Made by a program: the position numbers and the translations under genes. This document shows positions 49,638 through 59,799 of a DNA stretch of 64,000 bases, in pieces (the first letter of the stretch is position 1; each line of letters opens with the position of its first letter). The DNA comes from Lysobacterales bacterium. GTDB lineage: Bacteria; Pseudomonadota; Gammaproteobacteria; Xanthomonadales; SZUA-5. The notes beneath the pieces are model-generated. The model was not told where the DNA came from. It was given only the letters and a program-made list of their open reading frames with translations, and did no database searches. The stretch is from assembly GCA_022844165.1 (NCBI GenBank), contig JALHMH010000009.1, forward strand, positions 67,411 through 131,410, written 5' to 3'.

Positions 49638-50051
49638 ATGAAACTGCAAAAAGGTTTTACCCTGATCGAACTGATGATCGTCGTCGCGATCGTCGCCATC
49701 CTCGCCGCCATCGCCATCCCGGCCTACCAGGACTACCTGATCCGCTCGCGTTTGTCTGAGTGCACAGCTGCCGCTGGCGCGTGCAAAACGTCGGTTTCGG
49801 AATACTATGCGACCAAAGATGTGTTCCCTGACACCCCTCAGGCAGGCTGCACAACTGCAGAGACCGAAGATTGTGGCAAAGTGACGGTCGCTGCTGGTGT
49901 CATTCAAGTGCCCAGCAAGATCACCAAGGCCGCCGGAAGCGTGTTCTTCTCGCCGGACCTGGACGTTGATAACAACATCACCAATTGGGATTGTACGGCC
50001 ACTGCTGGTACCAACATTGACGCACGTTATTTGCCAGCGCAGTGCCGTTAA
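49638..50051 (+). CDS. pilA: Type IVa major pilin
   Basis: AAGGA RBS; [33 protein letters not shown]; C-terminal disulfide loop ending YLPAQCR. Confidence 0.96.
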   Translation: MKLQKGFTLIELMIVVAIVAILAAIAIPAYQDYLIRSRLSECTAAAGACKTSVSEYYATKDVFPDTPQAGCTTAETEDCGKVTVAAGVIQVPSKITKAAGSVFFSPDLDVDNNITNWDCTATAGTNIDARYLPAQCR

Positions 50052-50080
50052 TAGGCTGGTAGTGTAATTGTTGTCGGGGG

Positions 50081-50108
50081 AGGCGGCCGAATGGCCGCCT
50101 TTTCTTTT
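50081..50108 (+). terminator. Intrinsic terminator after pilA
   Basis: AGGCGGCC-GAAT-GGCCGCCT followed by TTTCTTTT. Confidence 0.85.
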
Positions 50109-50188
50109 AAGAGTTCTGCCCAGTCGGATATTTTTGCTGCGTCGCAGCGTTATACTGAGCCCGATCCGGATCGGAAATCGGGAGCTAC

Positions 50189-51916
50189 ATGGCAAACCCA
50201 ATGTCAACACCTGGTGCGCTGAATGGCGTCCTTCGGCGCATGGTAGCCGATGGTTCATTGGCCGAACCAGAGGCGCGTCGCGCTTCCGAGGCGTCGTCCA
50301 AGCAGCGAATTCCGCTGGTCGCCTACCTGATCGAAAACGGCTTGGCTGACCCAAAAGCCGTCGCCGCGGCGGCAAGTCATGAGTTTGGCGTGGCGATGCT
50401 GGACGCGTCTGCGCTCGACCTTAAACAGGCGCCTTTAAAGATCATCGACCAGGCACTGGTCGAAAAACATCGTGCAGTGCCGCTGTTCAAACGTGGCAGC
50501 CGGTTATTTGTCGGCATCACTGACCCGACCAACGACCGTGCGCTGGAAGAGATCAAGTTCCAATCGAAGATGATTGTAGAACCGATCATCATTGATGACA
50601 ACACGCTGACGCGCGCCATGGAAGCCGCGCTTAGCCAAGGCGATTCGATGGCGGATGCCATTGAGGATTCAGAGGGACTGGAGAATCTCGAGTCGACCGC
50701 TGGCGACGATGATATTGAAGGGCCGTCGTCGAGCGGTGTCGACGTACAAGGCAACGACGACACGCCCGTCGTGCGGTTCGTCAACAAAGCCTTGGTCGAT
50801 GCCATCAAGCGGGGCGCTTCCGACATTCATTTTGAGCCCTACGAACACAATTTTCGTGTTCGGTTTCGCATGGATGGCATTCTGCGACAAGTCGCGACCG
50901 CGCCGGTGAAACTGAACACGCGTATCTCGGCCCGTTTGAAAGTCATGTCGGCACTCGATATTGCCGAGAAACGCGTACCGCAGGACGGGCGCATTAAACT
51001 GAATTTGTCAAAGACCAAGGCGATCGACTTTCGCGTTAGCACTTGCCCTACGTTGTTTGGCGAAAAGGTCGTGCTGCGCATATTGGATGGATCGGCAGCC
51101 AAGCTGGGTATCGACAAACTCGGCTATGAGGAAGACCAGAAACAACTCTTCCTCGGCGCGATTGCTAAGCCCTACGGCATGGTGCTGGTGACCGGTCCGA
51201 CCGGCAGTGGCAAAACCGTGTCGTTGTACACTGCATTGAACATCCTGAACACGGACGAGCGCAACATCTCCACTGCCGAAGATCCTGTCGAAATTCGGGT
51301 ACCTGGCATCAACCAGGTCCAAATGAACATCAAAGCCGGCATGACCTTTGCCGCGGCGTTGCGCTCATTCCTGCGGCAGGATCCTGACGTCATCATGGTC
51401 GGCGAAATCCGCGATCTCGAAACCGCCGAAATTGCCATCAAGGCCGCACAAACGGGCCATATGGTGCTGTCGACTCTGCATACGAACGACGCGCCCCAGA
51501 CAATTGCACGCTTGATGAACATGGGCATTGCGCCGTTCAATATTACCTCAGCCGTCACTCTGGTCATTGCGCAACGTCTGGCGCGGCGACTGCACGAATG
51601 CAAGAAGCCGGTATCCCTGCCGGAACACGCGCTCCGGGCCGAGGGATTTGCGCCCGAGGACATCAAGAGCATGGCGCTGTTTGAACCTCTAGGGTGTTCG
51701 AGTTGCAATGAAGGCTACAAGGGTCGCACTGGCATCTATCAAGTCATGCCGCTGTCCGAAGAAATCGCCAAAATTGTCCTCAGTGGCGGCAATGCCTTGC
51801 AGATCGCCGATGCGGCACATGCCAGCGGCATACCGGATCTGCGACGCAGCGCATTGACAAAGGCCAGAAATGGAATAATCTCGCTGGCTGAAATGAACCG
51901 AGTGACAAAGGACTAA
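50189..51916 (+). CDS. pilB: Type IV pilus assembly ATPase PilB
   Basis: ASDIHFEP, GPTGSGKT, TAEDPVE, LRQDPDVIMVGEIRD, GHMVLSTLHTND. Confidence 0.97.
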   Translation: MANPMSTPGALNGVLRRMVADGSLAEPEARRASEASSKQRIPLVAYLIENGLADPKAVAAAASHEFGVAMLDASALDLKQAPLKIIDQALVEKHRAVPLFKRGSRLFVGITDPTNDRALEEIKFQSKMIVEPIIIDDNTLTRAMEAALSQGDSMADAIEDSEGLENLESTAGDDDIEGPSSSGVDVQGNDDTPVVRFVNKALVDAIKRGASDIHFEPYEHNFRVRFRMDGILRQVATAPVKLNTRISARLKVMSALDIAEKRVPQDGRIKLNLSKTKAIDFRVSTCPTLFGEKVVLRILDGSAAKLGIDKLGYEEDQKQLFLGAIAKPYGMVLVTGPTGSGKTVSLYTALNILNTDERNISTAEDPVEIRVPGINQVQMNIKAGMTFAAALRSFLRQDPDVIMVGEIRDLETAEIAIKAAQTGHMVLSTLHTNDAPQTIARLMNMGIAPFNITSAVTLVIAQRLARRLHECKKPVSLPEHALRAEGFAPEDIKSMALFEPLGCSSCNEGYKGRTGIYQVMPLSEEIAKIVLSGGNALQIADAAHASGIPDLRRSALTKARNGIISLAEMNRVTKD

Positions 51917-51922
51917 GACGCT

Positions 51923-53173
51923 ATGGCTACCGCCGCGATCAAAACCAAGCCGCCAGTTCGCACATCGGTCAAACTTCAGACCTATGCCTGGAAGGGCAAA
52001 GACCGCCGCGGAAAAGTCCTGAGCGGTGAAGAGTCCGCCAAGTCAGAAGCGCTCGTCAAGTCGGCGTTGCGCAAGCAGGGCATTACCGTTACCAGCGTTA
52101 AGACCAACAATCCTGGTCTGTTCAAACGATCGGGATCGAGAATTTCCGCGCGCGACATCGCCGTGTTTACTCGCCAGCTGGCAACCATGATGCGCGCCGG
52201 TGTACCGCTGGTGCAGAGTTTCGAGATGATCGCTGGCGGTTTGAAGAATCCGACGATGAAGACCATGGTGGACTCGGTGCGCGCGGATGTCGAGGGCGGA
52301 TCGGCGCTATCGGAAGCGCTGAGCAAACACCCCGTGCAGTTTGATGAACTGTTTGTCAATCTCGTACGAGCGGGCGAGTCTGCGGGTGTGCTGGACACGG
52401 TGTTAGAGACGGTTGCAGCTTACAAAGAAAACATGGAGACGCTCAAAGGCAAGATCAAAAAGGCGTTGTTTTACCCCGCGGCAGTGATCGCTGTGGCCAT
52501 CATCGTCTCTGCAGTCATTTTGATCTACGTGGTTCCTCAGTTCGAAGCTTTGTTCAAGGGCTTTGGCGCTGATTTGCCGGCATTCACTCAGATGATCGTC
52601 GCGGCGTCCCGGTTTATGGTGTCGTATTGGTTTCTCATTTTGTTTGGCGTCGTGGGTGCCGTCGTTGGTTTCGTTGCCGCTCTGAAGCGCTCTAGAAACT
52701 TCGCTCGTCTGGTGGATCGCATGTTGTTGCGGTTACCCATTCTCGGCGAGATTTTGCACAACTCGGCCGTCGCCAGATACTGTCGAACGTTAGCCATTAC
52801 GTTCCGGGCCGGCGTACCGCTTGTCGAAGCACTTGAAACTGTGGCGGGCGCTACCGGAAATATTATCTATGATGAGGCCACGCAAAAAGTCCGAGAAGAC
52901 GTATCTGTGGGCCTGCAGTTGAATTTGGCCATGCGCCAGGTGAATCTGTTCCCGATCATGGTGATCCAAATGACGGCGATCGGTGAGGAATCTGGTGCGC
53001 TGGACACGATGTTGATCAAGGCGGCTGAGTTTTATGAGCAGGAGGTTAATAATGCTGTTGACGCCTTGAGCAGCTTGTTAGAACCGCTGATCATGGTCAT
53101 CATCGGCACGTTGGTCGGCGGCATGGTGGTTGGAATGTATTTGCCGATCTTCAAGTTGGCCTCTGTTGTCTGA
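51923..53173 (+). CDS. pilC: Type IV pilus platform protein PilC
   Basis: FTRQLATMMRAGVPL, KKALFYP, GEESGALD, LLEPLIM, MYLPIFKL. Confidence 0.96.
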   Translation: MATAAIKTKPPVRTSVKLQTYAWKGKDRRGKVLSGEESAKSEALVKSALRKQGITVTSVKTNNPGLFKRSGSRISARDIAVFTRQLATMMRAGVPLVQSFEMIAGGLKNPTMKTMVDSVRADVEGGSALSEALSKHPVQFDELFVNLVRAGESAGVLDTVLETVAAYKENMETLKGKIKKALFYPAAVIAVAIIVSAVILIYVVPQFEALFKGFGADLPAFTQMIVAASRFMVSYWFLILFGVVGAVVGFVAALKRSRNFARLVDRMLLRLPILGEILHNSAVARYCRTLAITFRAGVPLVEALETVAGATGNIIYDEATQKVREDVSVGLQLNLAMRQVNLFPIMVIQMTAIGEESGALDTMLIKAAEFYEQEVNNAVDALSSLLEPLIMVIIGTLVGGMVVGMYLPIFKLASVV

Positions 53174-53215
53174 CTGAGTGTTCGGCGCAAATCGCATGCC
53201 AATCGCCTTCGTACA

Positions 53216-54901
53216 TCAGAGCACGTACTTGGGCGGTGGATCGGTGCTCAGAGTGAGTCCTCGTGGAGCAAGAGGGCACATCTGCGGAGAACTTGAGGGC
53301 AGTTCGTTCGATAACTCATCTGGGCGCGTAACATAGAGGTCCGGCAGATAAAACAGGGTCAACGGACGATTGGCCATCGTTTCAAGTTGCTCTTTAGTTA
53401 CGGAGGCAGCCAGCGAGTCCGGCAGCAAACTGAATCCGCGCAGCAGGAGGGGCAGCGCTCTGGGTGTTCGGATTACGCCGCCACACTGGAGTTCGCTTTG
53501 TTGAAGCTTCTGTTGGATCAAGTCGGTGTTAGCCGAAAGCGTTAGCCGGGCAAATTCCGGCGCGCCAATCGCATAGGGCAGCGAAATGCCCAGCGCAAAC
53601 AAGGCGTACAACCACGCGCCTGCGATAGAACGGACCCGACTCATCGGAACGCGGGATAACGCATCGGCGGCGATCAGTGCCAGCAGCGCGTGCAAAGGCA
53701 AAAAGTATCGCACCGTCTGAGCGATATCCATCGTGCCCCAAAAATAACAAAGTTGAATAGCCGTTATAATGAGGATCCCGGTCGCCACATACCCCCAGGC
53801 CACTAATTCCTTCTTTCCCCGAAAAAAACGGAGAAAAACCAGGAAAATACCCGCCGCTGCAAGCACATAAACCAGACCATTGCCGGTCTGAGTCGGTCCA
53901 ACACCACTGTAGAAGTGGCGCCCAAGGCCCATTGCATTCACGAGAAAGTAGTCGAACGCCCAGGCATCGTCGCGGCCCGGTGGCAGTTCATAGTTGAAAG
54001 GCAGTGCCCGGCGCCAGGCTGCCGGCACGAAGAGCCAAGGGACGAGCAGCACAGACAACTGCAAGAGCGGCGCATGACGAAGTACGACGCGCACCGATGC
54101 CACAGCGACCACTAACCCGGCCAGCGCGCCCGCCTCATGGCGAAGTTGCGCCAGATTCGCTGCGGCCGCAACCATGAGCCAAAAACTGCGGCGATCTCCT
54201 CTCAAGATAAAGCTTGTACCGATATGCAGGAAAAACAATAGGAAAAGCAGGTTCGGGATGTCAAAGGTTCCACTGCGCGCATGAACAGAGAACAGTGGAA
54301 ATGCGGCGAGAAGAATAGCGGCCAGCCATGCTGTGCCGGTGTCCAGTTTGCGTCTTGCGATTCTGATGACCAGCACCAGACACGCCCAGGCACAGGCTGT
54401 ACTAACCACAATTCCGTTGTCGGCATCGACGCCGGATACCGCATGGACCATCGCCATCATGGTCGGGAACAGTGTCCCTCGTTTATCCAAGGTTGCTTCC
54501 AGAACGACTAAGTCGCCCACATCGCTGTAGACGCCGGCAATCGGCGCCAACGCTGTCCCCGTGAAGTAGACGCCGAAGCTCGTCGACGCCATCAGCGAAG
54601 CGTCTGCTTCAATCAACGCACGGCCTGGGATCAGCAAAGTCAGGCCACCCACGATTGCTGCTGCAAAGAGCATGTCAAGCCAAAGGGCACGCCGCGACCT
54701 GCCTGTCTGGTGCCAGATCGATATGCAAACGAACATCGCCAGCGTCAGCACAGACAATGCGGGTGACCAATCCGTGTAGCGCGCGAGACGTACCTCAATC
54801 GGCAGCAGAAAGCCTTGCTGGATGGCCAAGGCGCCAGAGATCGCGACGGCGCCGAGAATCAGAAGTTGGCGAGGGCCGCGTAGCGTTTCACTCAACTGCA
54901 T
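53216..54901 (-). CDS. Multi-TM GT-C-like (ArnT/PMT-type) glycosyltransferase, paralog A
   Basis: Many TM helices; acidic loop motif IEAD, LDKRGTLFP, HARSGTFD, AQLRHE, YFWG, TVRYFL shared with 58037-59710. Confidence 0.6.
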   Translation of the reverse strand: MQLSETLRGPRQLLILGAVAISGALAIQQGFLLPIEVRLARYTDWSPALSVLTLAMFVCISIWHQTGRSRRALWLDMLFAAAIVGGLTLLIPGRALIEADASLMASTSFGVYFTGTALAPIAGVYSDVGDLVVLEATLDKRGTLFPTMMAMVHAVSGVDADNGIVVSTACAWACLVLVIRIARRKLDTGTAWLAAILLAAFPLFSVHARSGTFDIPNLLFLLFFLHIGTSFILRGDRRSFWLMVAAAANLAQLRHEAGALAGLVVAVASVRVVLRHAPLLQLSVLLVPWLFVPAAWRRALPFNYELPPGRDDAWAFDYFLVNAMGLGRHFYSGVGPTQTGNGLVYVLAAAGIFLVFLRFFRGKKELVAWGYVATGILIITAIQLCYFWGTMDIAQTVRYFLPLHALLALIAADALSRVPMSRVRSIAGAWLYALFALGISLPYAIGAPEFARLTLSANTDLIQQKLQQSELQCGGVIRTPRALPLLLRGFSLLPDSLAASVTKEQLETMANRPLTLFYLPDLYVTRPDELSNELPSSSPQMCPLAPRGLTLSTDPPPKYVL

Positions 54902-55013
54902 GGCATCGCCTCAACGTCCTTCGAATCGGCGCAACATGTCGGACTTCGGTGCTCAATGCAATAGCCCAGACTGCGCCGAACCGGCTAACATCCGCGACTT
55001 CTTTCATAGGCCA

Positions 55014-58010
55014 ATGGTCATGACCGACTCCACCCAACTGACTCGCCCGGCGTTGCTGCTGATACTGTTGTTCTTCATCCTGTCGGGCATCAGTGGGCTC
55101 ATTTACCAGTCCGTCTGGTCGCAGTACCTTGGACTAATACTGGGTCACGCGGCCTATGCACAATCGCTGGTGTTGTCGACCTTCATGGGCGGCATGGCGC
55201 TCGGCGCGTGGTGGGCATCGCGTTTGCTGTCGCGAATTTCCCGGTTGGTCCATGCCTATGGCGCGCTGGAAGGTGCGATTGGCCTTTTTGGCTTGGCGTT
55301 CCATGTGGTTTTTCTTTGGGTCTCAGCGGCGCTGTTTGAGCACATTCTGCCGAACCTGCCTGCCTCAATGAACGACTTCGCGCGTTACATGACGGCTCTC
55401 TTGTTGATACTGCCGCAGACGATTCTGCTCGGCATGACCTTTCCGATCATGAGTGCCGGGTTGATTCGGTGGCAACCGCTGTCGGCAGGAAGGGTCCTCG
55501 GCGGCCTTTATTTCTTCAATAGTATTGGTGCTGCCATCGGCGCTCTGCTGGCGACGTTCTGGTTCGTGCCCACGGCGGGTTTGCCCGGTGCGATGGTCAT
55601 TGCTGGCAGTTTGAATCTATTGATCGCGGCGGCCGTGGTACTGCTGCGGGTACCACCTAAACCCAGCGTTGAAACCAGCGCCACCAGAGTCTTGACCAGC
55701 GACCAACAACGTCTGCTGCGGTTTGTGCTGGTGTCCGCGTTCATCACCGGGGCCGCGTCCTTTATGTACGAAATCGGCTGGGTACGCATGTTGTCATTGG
55801 CGCTGGGATCCAGCCTGCATGCCTTCGAATTGATGCTCGCTGCGTTCATCGGCGGCCTGGCGTTCGGTGGCCTTTATGTCCGCGGGAAATTGGACAAACT
55901 CACCGATCCGCTGCGTTGGTTCGGATGGATTCAGGTGTTCATGGGACTGGCCGCATTGGCAACGTTGCCTCTGTATGACGGCGTTTTTGAGTTTGTCGCT
56001 TGGTTGCTCAAAGCGCTCGCTCGGACGCCAGATGGTTATGTCTTGTACAACCTCGCGACTGCCGCGATCGCTATTGTCATCATGGTGCCGGCGGCTTTTT
56101 TGGCAGGCATGACGCTACCGATTATGACTTATGCGTTGCTGAGAAATGGCATTGGCGAGCGCGCCATCGGCTGGGTCTACGCGGCCAATACGGTGGGTGC
56201 GATTGCCGGCGTCATGCTCATGGTCCACGTGGTGTTGCCGGCACTGGGGCTGAAACTATCGATGATGTTGGCGGCAACCATCGATATTGCCTTGGGTGTG
56301 GTGGTTTTGCGGATGTTGAGCGAGCGACAGTCGGTTCGCGAATATGCCGTCGCCATGGGGTTACTCGTGGGCGGTGTTGTGTTGGTGCACTGGAGTGCAG
56401 CGTTTTCGCCGGAACGCCTGAATTCAGGCGTTTACCGGACCGGACGGTCAACCCTGAAGGGCGACGTACTTGTGCACCGTGATGGCAAGACCGCGACTGT
56501 CGCTCTAATCGGTGATCCTGCAGAAACGCTGGTGATCTCGACCAATGGCAAACCGGACGCATCGATAAGAATGGCCGAAGGCAAGGACCCCACAAGCGAC
56601 GAGCCCACCATGATCCTGGCCGGGCTGCTTGCCCTGGCACACCACCCCAAGCCGAAGCTGATTGCGAACATTGGATTTGGCTCTGGGCTCACCTCGCACA
56701 CGTTGGCTTCAAATCCACTGCCCGAAAGGCTGGTCACGATCGAAATCGAACGTGCCATGGTCGAGGTCGCGAAAGGCTTCGGCGCCAGGGTGGAGCGTGC
56801 CTACTCAGATCCTCGAAGTGAGTTCGTATTCGACGATGCCAGAGCGTTTTTTGCTCGCAGTCGCGAGCGCTTCGATGTGATTGTCTCGGAACCATCGAAT
56901 CCCTGGGTCAGCGGCGTGGCCAAACTATTTTCCGAGGAGTTTTACCAGATTGTGCCCAGCTTTCTGGCTGACGACGGACTGTTGATCCAATGGGTGCAGG
57001 CGTACGAGATCTCGGACATCACGTTACTGACGATACTGCGAGCGCTGGACAACAATTTTGCTGACTACATCATCTATGTCTCAAACCACACGGACTTGTT
57101 AATCGTTGCCTCACCGACACGCCAAGTACCTGCGATACATCAACACGCTTTCGCGGGCCACACGGCGAACGTTGCTTCGCGGGTAGGCATCGAGTCGATA
57201 AGCGATCTCAGGGCTCGGCAGTTCATTGATCGCAACTGGATCAGAGCGATGCTGGCCGCCTCACCGGGGCCGACCAACTCAGATTTTTTCCCGCTGGTCG
57301 CCCACCGAGCACCACGTGATCGATTCTCGGGGGCGCTAGCCACAGGAATTGCGGGAATCGCGAACGGGCCAGGTTCGGCATTGCAGCTCCTGGATAGAGA
57401 AGATGACTCGTTCCTGTCGCTCACGTCCACCAAGGGTAAAGGACTTACTGGTGCCGTCCAGGATCGGTTGGACGGGATTGCGATCCTGGACACTCTAAGT
57501 GGCAAGGCGTCAGGCTCAAAGGGGCGTAACGGCCTAAGTGCCGAAGTGCTCCGTGCCTGGGCTTCCCGCTGTTTTGGTGGCGTGCAAGCCGGCGAATTGA
57601 GCAGACTGGCTTTGGAAACGTTCACCGCTAGCGTACGGAACACGGCTCGATCTGAGTACGCTCCCGTATGGGCCGATCAAACCTGGGCCGAGTGCGAAAA
57701 CAGGCCTGAGTCGATTTCCAAGATGCTGGACGTTATCGCTTCAGCAGCCGGGCGTGAGCCGGAGCTATTGCTGGAACGCAGTTTGGCCGTCATCAATTCG
57801 ATCCCAGAGATCCCTGCCGGAGCGATGGCACATTTGTACGGCTTGGCGCTCGTCGGCGCCGATCGCGTGAAGTCGCTGGACGATGTTCGTCAACTCAAAG
57901 CGGCCATTGATGGCGGCGCTGTTCCTCTGAATGCTACGGAGCGCTTTCAACTAGCAACCGTCGCCGCCTACGTGGAACGACGAATCTTGGATCAGCAGCA
58001 GTCCGAATAG
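55014..58010 (+). CDS. Fused MFS-like membrane domain / spermidine-synthase-like SAM-fold protein
   Basis: Two 6-TM repeats plus one TM; then TNGKPDAS, IGFGSGLT, IEIE, DDAR, FDVIVSEPSNPW. Start at 55014 or 55020. Confidence 0.88.
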   Translation: MVMTDSTQLTRPALLLILLFFILSGISGLIYQSVWSQYLGLILGHAAYAQSLVLSTFMGGMALGAWWASRLLSRISRLVHAYGALEGAIGLFGLAFHVVFLWVSAALFEHILPNLPASMNDFARYMTALLLILPQTILLGMTFPIMSAGLIRWQPLSAGRVLGGLYFFNSIGAAIGALLATFWFVPTAGLPGAMVIAGSLNLLIAAAVVLLRVPPKPSVETSATRVLTSDQQRLLRFVLVSAFITGAASFMYEIGWVRMLSLALGSSLHAFELMLAAFIGGLAFGGLYVRGKLDKLTDPLRWFGWIQVFMGLAALATLPLYDGVFEFVAWLLKALARTPDGYVLYNLATAAIAIVIMVPAAFLAGMTLPIMTYALLRNGIGERAIGWVYAANTVGAIAGVMLMVHVVLPALGLKLSMMLAATIDIALGVVVLRMLSERQSVREYAVAMGLLVGGVVLVHWSAAFSPERLNSGVYRTGRSTLKGDVLVHRDGKTATVALIGDPAETLVISTNGKPDASIRMAEGKDPTSDEPTMILAGLLALAHHPKPKLIANIGFGSGLTSHTLASNPLPERLVTIEIERAMVEVAKGFGARVERAYSDPRSEFVFDDARAFFARSRERFDVIVSEPSNPWVSGVAKLFSEEFYQIVPSFLADDGLLIQWVQAYEISDITLLTILRALDNNFADYIIYVSNHTDLLIVASPTRQVPAIHQHAFAGHTANVASRVGIESISDLRARQFIDRNWIRAMLAASPGPTNSDFFPLVAHRAPRDRFSGALATGIAGIANGPGSALQLLDREDDSFLSLTSTKGKGLTGAVQDRLDGIAILDTLSGKASGSKGRNGLSAEVLRAWASRCFGGVQAGELSRLALETFTASVRNTARSEYAPVWADQTWAECENRPESISKMLDVIASAAGREPELLLERSLAVINSIPEIPAGAMAHLYGLALVGADRVKSLDDVRQLKAAIDGGAVPLNATERFQLATVAAYVERRILDQQQSE

Positions 58011-58036
58011 TCACAATTAGATCAAAAAGGCTGCCA

Positions 58037-59710
58037 TTGTTCGGTCTCCTTCCAAGCCCCAACGAATTCCCTTTGCGTTGGGGCTTGTTGCTGATCGCTT
58101 CCGGACTGGCGGCGATCAAGGTTGGCTTCTTCCTTCCGGCCAGGGTGGATCTCGCGGTTTACCATCTGTTTGCGCCTTCGCTGGCTTTGCTGACGCAAGT
58201 CGGCATTGTCACGCTCGCGGTCTTGTATGCCCGAAGCTACCCTGGCGCGGGCCGATGGGCTGACCTGCTGGCGGCGTCATTGCTGATGGTTGTCATCGTT
58301 CTTCTCGTGCCTGCAGAGCGCCGCATCGAGAGCGACGAGTCGCGAATGCTGGTCACTTCGCTTTCGATTCTGCACAACGGGACGGCGCTGGCGCCCGCAG
58401 CGGGCATCATCGACGATCAAGGCGTACTGTCCGCAACGGAAGCCATGTACGACAAGCGCGGGGTGTTTTTTCCGACGCAGCTGGCGTTGTTGCACTCCGT
58501 TCTTGGCTATTCGACGGAGCACCCGTTCCTGCTGAATATCTTCGCAGGCGTGCTGGCGCTATTCGCTGTAGGGCGGCTGGCAAGGCGCTTTCTCCCGACC
58601 AGCGTCGCGCCGTATGCGATGGTGGTTTTTGTCGGTATGCCGATTTTCGTTATTCACACGCGCACCGGAACATTCGACGTGATGAATTTCGGGTTTCTTG
58701 CGCTCGCGTCGCACATCGCCCTATCGGTTGCGAATGCCCCAACGACTTTGCGCCTCTGGCTATTTGCCGCGCTCGCGGCGGCTGCCGCGCAACTCCGATA
58801 TGAAAGCGTGTCACTGGCAGGTCTGGTCCTCTGCGGGGCCTTCCTGGCGATGCTGACCAAACCCTCATGGCGTTTGCTGTGCGTTCCGGGAACCTTGTGG
58901 TTACCGTGGACCTTGGTGCCAGCGGCCTGGCGCCAGGCTGTTCCGTTCGACCACATTCTGCCGACCGCCGAAGCCGCAGCCTGGTCCATGACGAACTTCG
59001 CAAACAACACCGAGCACTTGATCGTCTTCATCTTCAACGGCGGCAGATCCGAGATGGGAAATCTGGCCGTCGGCCTTGTGGTGTTGTTACTGGCACTGAG
59101 ATCCCCTTGGGTATGGAGATCGGCAAACGAAGGCGAACGAACGACCACTCTTAGGTTCATGTGCTGGGCAAGTTTCACGTTGTTGCCCACGATGATCGTG
59201 CTTTGCTACTTCTGGGGGAATGCCAACGAGAGTTTCACCGTTCGCTACTTTCTGATGTTCTCGTTGGCACTGGTTCTTATCGCCGTCTTTTCTGTGCAGC
59301 ACTTGGCTGGCGATCTCAACAAGTATCGTCCTTGGGCCTCCCGTGTCGCTGTGGCGATCTTCGCGGTCTCTGCGGCCAGCTTATCGATTGCGAACTCGCG
59401 CGAAGGCGGCCGGCTTAACGACCTCGCGTTTCCCTACAACACCAGAACGGTCATTGCGCAGCTCAGAGGGACTCGCTTCCAGTGCGAAGGCATCATCGTT
59501 GCGGAGTCAGGCACGCCATTTGTTGCCGCTGGATTCAGTACACTGTCGCAACCACCTCACGAACCGGACATCGCTGTTCTGGACCTTCGTGGGCTGCTAT
59601 TTGGCCCGGTCCAGGAACTGACTGCGTTGGCGCAGAACCATCTGAATGGCAACTGTCGGCGCACGATCTCAGCGGTTCGATTTGACCCACGCGTTGTGAT
59701 GGTGAAGTAA
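58037..59710 (+). CDS. Multi-TM GT-C-like (ArnT/PMT-type) glycosyltransferase, paralog B
   Basis: IESDE, YDKRGVFFP, HTRTGTFD, AQLRYE, YFWG, TVRYFL; start uncertain. Confidence 0.6.
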   Translation: MFGLLPSPNEFPLRWGLLLIASGLAAIKVGFFLPARVDLAVYHLFAPSLALLTQVGIVTLAVLYARSYPGAGRWADLLAASLLMVVIVLLVPAERRIESDESRMLVTSLSILHNGTALAPAAGIIDDQGVLSATEAMYDKRGVFFPTQLALLHSVLGYSTEHPFLLNIFAGVLALFAVGRLARRFLPTSVAPYAMVVFVGMPIFVIHTRTGTFDVMNFGFLALASHIALSVANAPTTLRLWLFAALAAAAAQLRYESVSLAGLVLCGAFLAMLTKPSWRLLCVPGTLWLPWTLVPAAWRQAVPFDHILPTAEAAAWSMTNFANNTEHLIVFIFNGGRSEMGNLAVGLVVLLLALRSPWVWRSANEGERTTTLRFMCWASFTLLPTMIVLCYFWGNANESFTVRYFLMFSLALVLIAVFSVQHLAGDLNKYRPWASRVAVAIFAVSAASLSIANSREGGRLNDLAFPYNTRTVIAQLRGTRFQCEGIIVAESGTPFVAAGFSTLSQPPHEPDIAVLDLRGLLFGPVQELTALAQNHLNGNCRRTISAVRFDPRVVMVK

Positions 59711-59799
59711 GACCCGGCCGAAGCGAGAAGCGGGCATTCGCCATTTGGAAGATTGTATGGTGCACAATGAGCGAAGACTTACGCAGAGGTCTTTAATAG

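Noticed and set aside
51586-51606. PilB RRLHECKK in place of the first CxxC zinc motif as a sign of inactivation
   Set aside because: His can ligate zinc, the second CSSC and all ATPase motifs are intact, and the frame is uninterrupted
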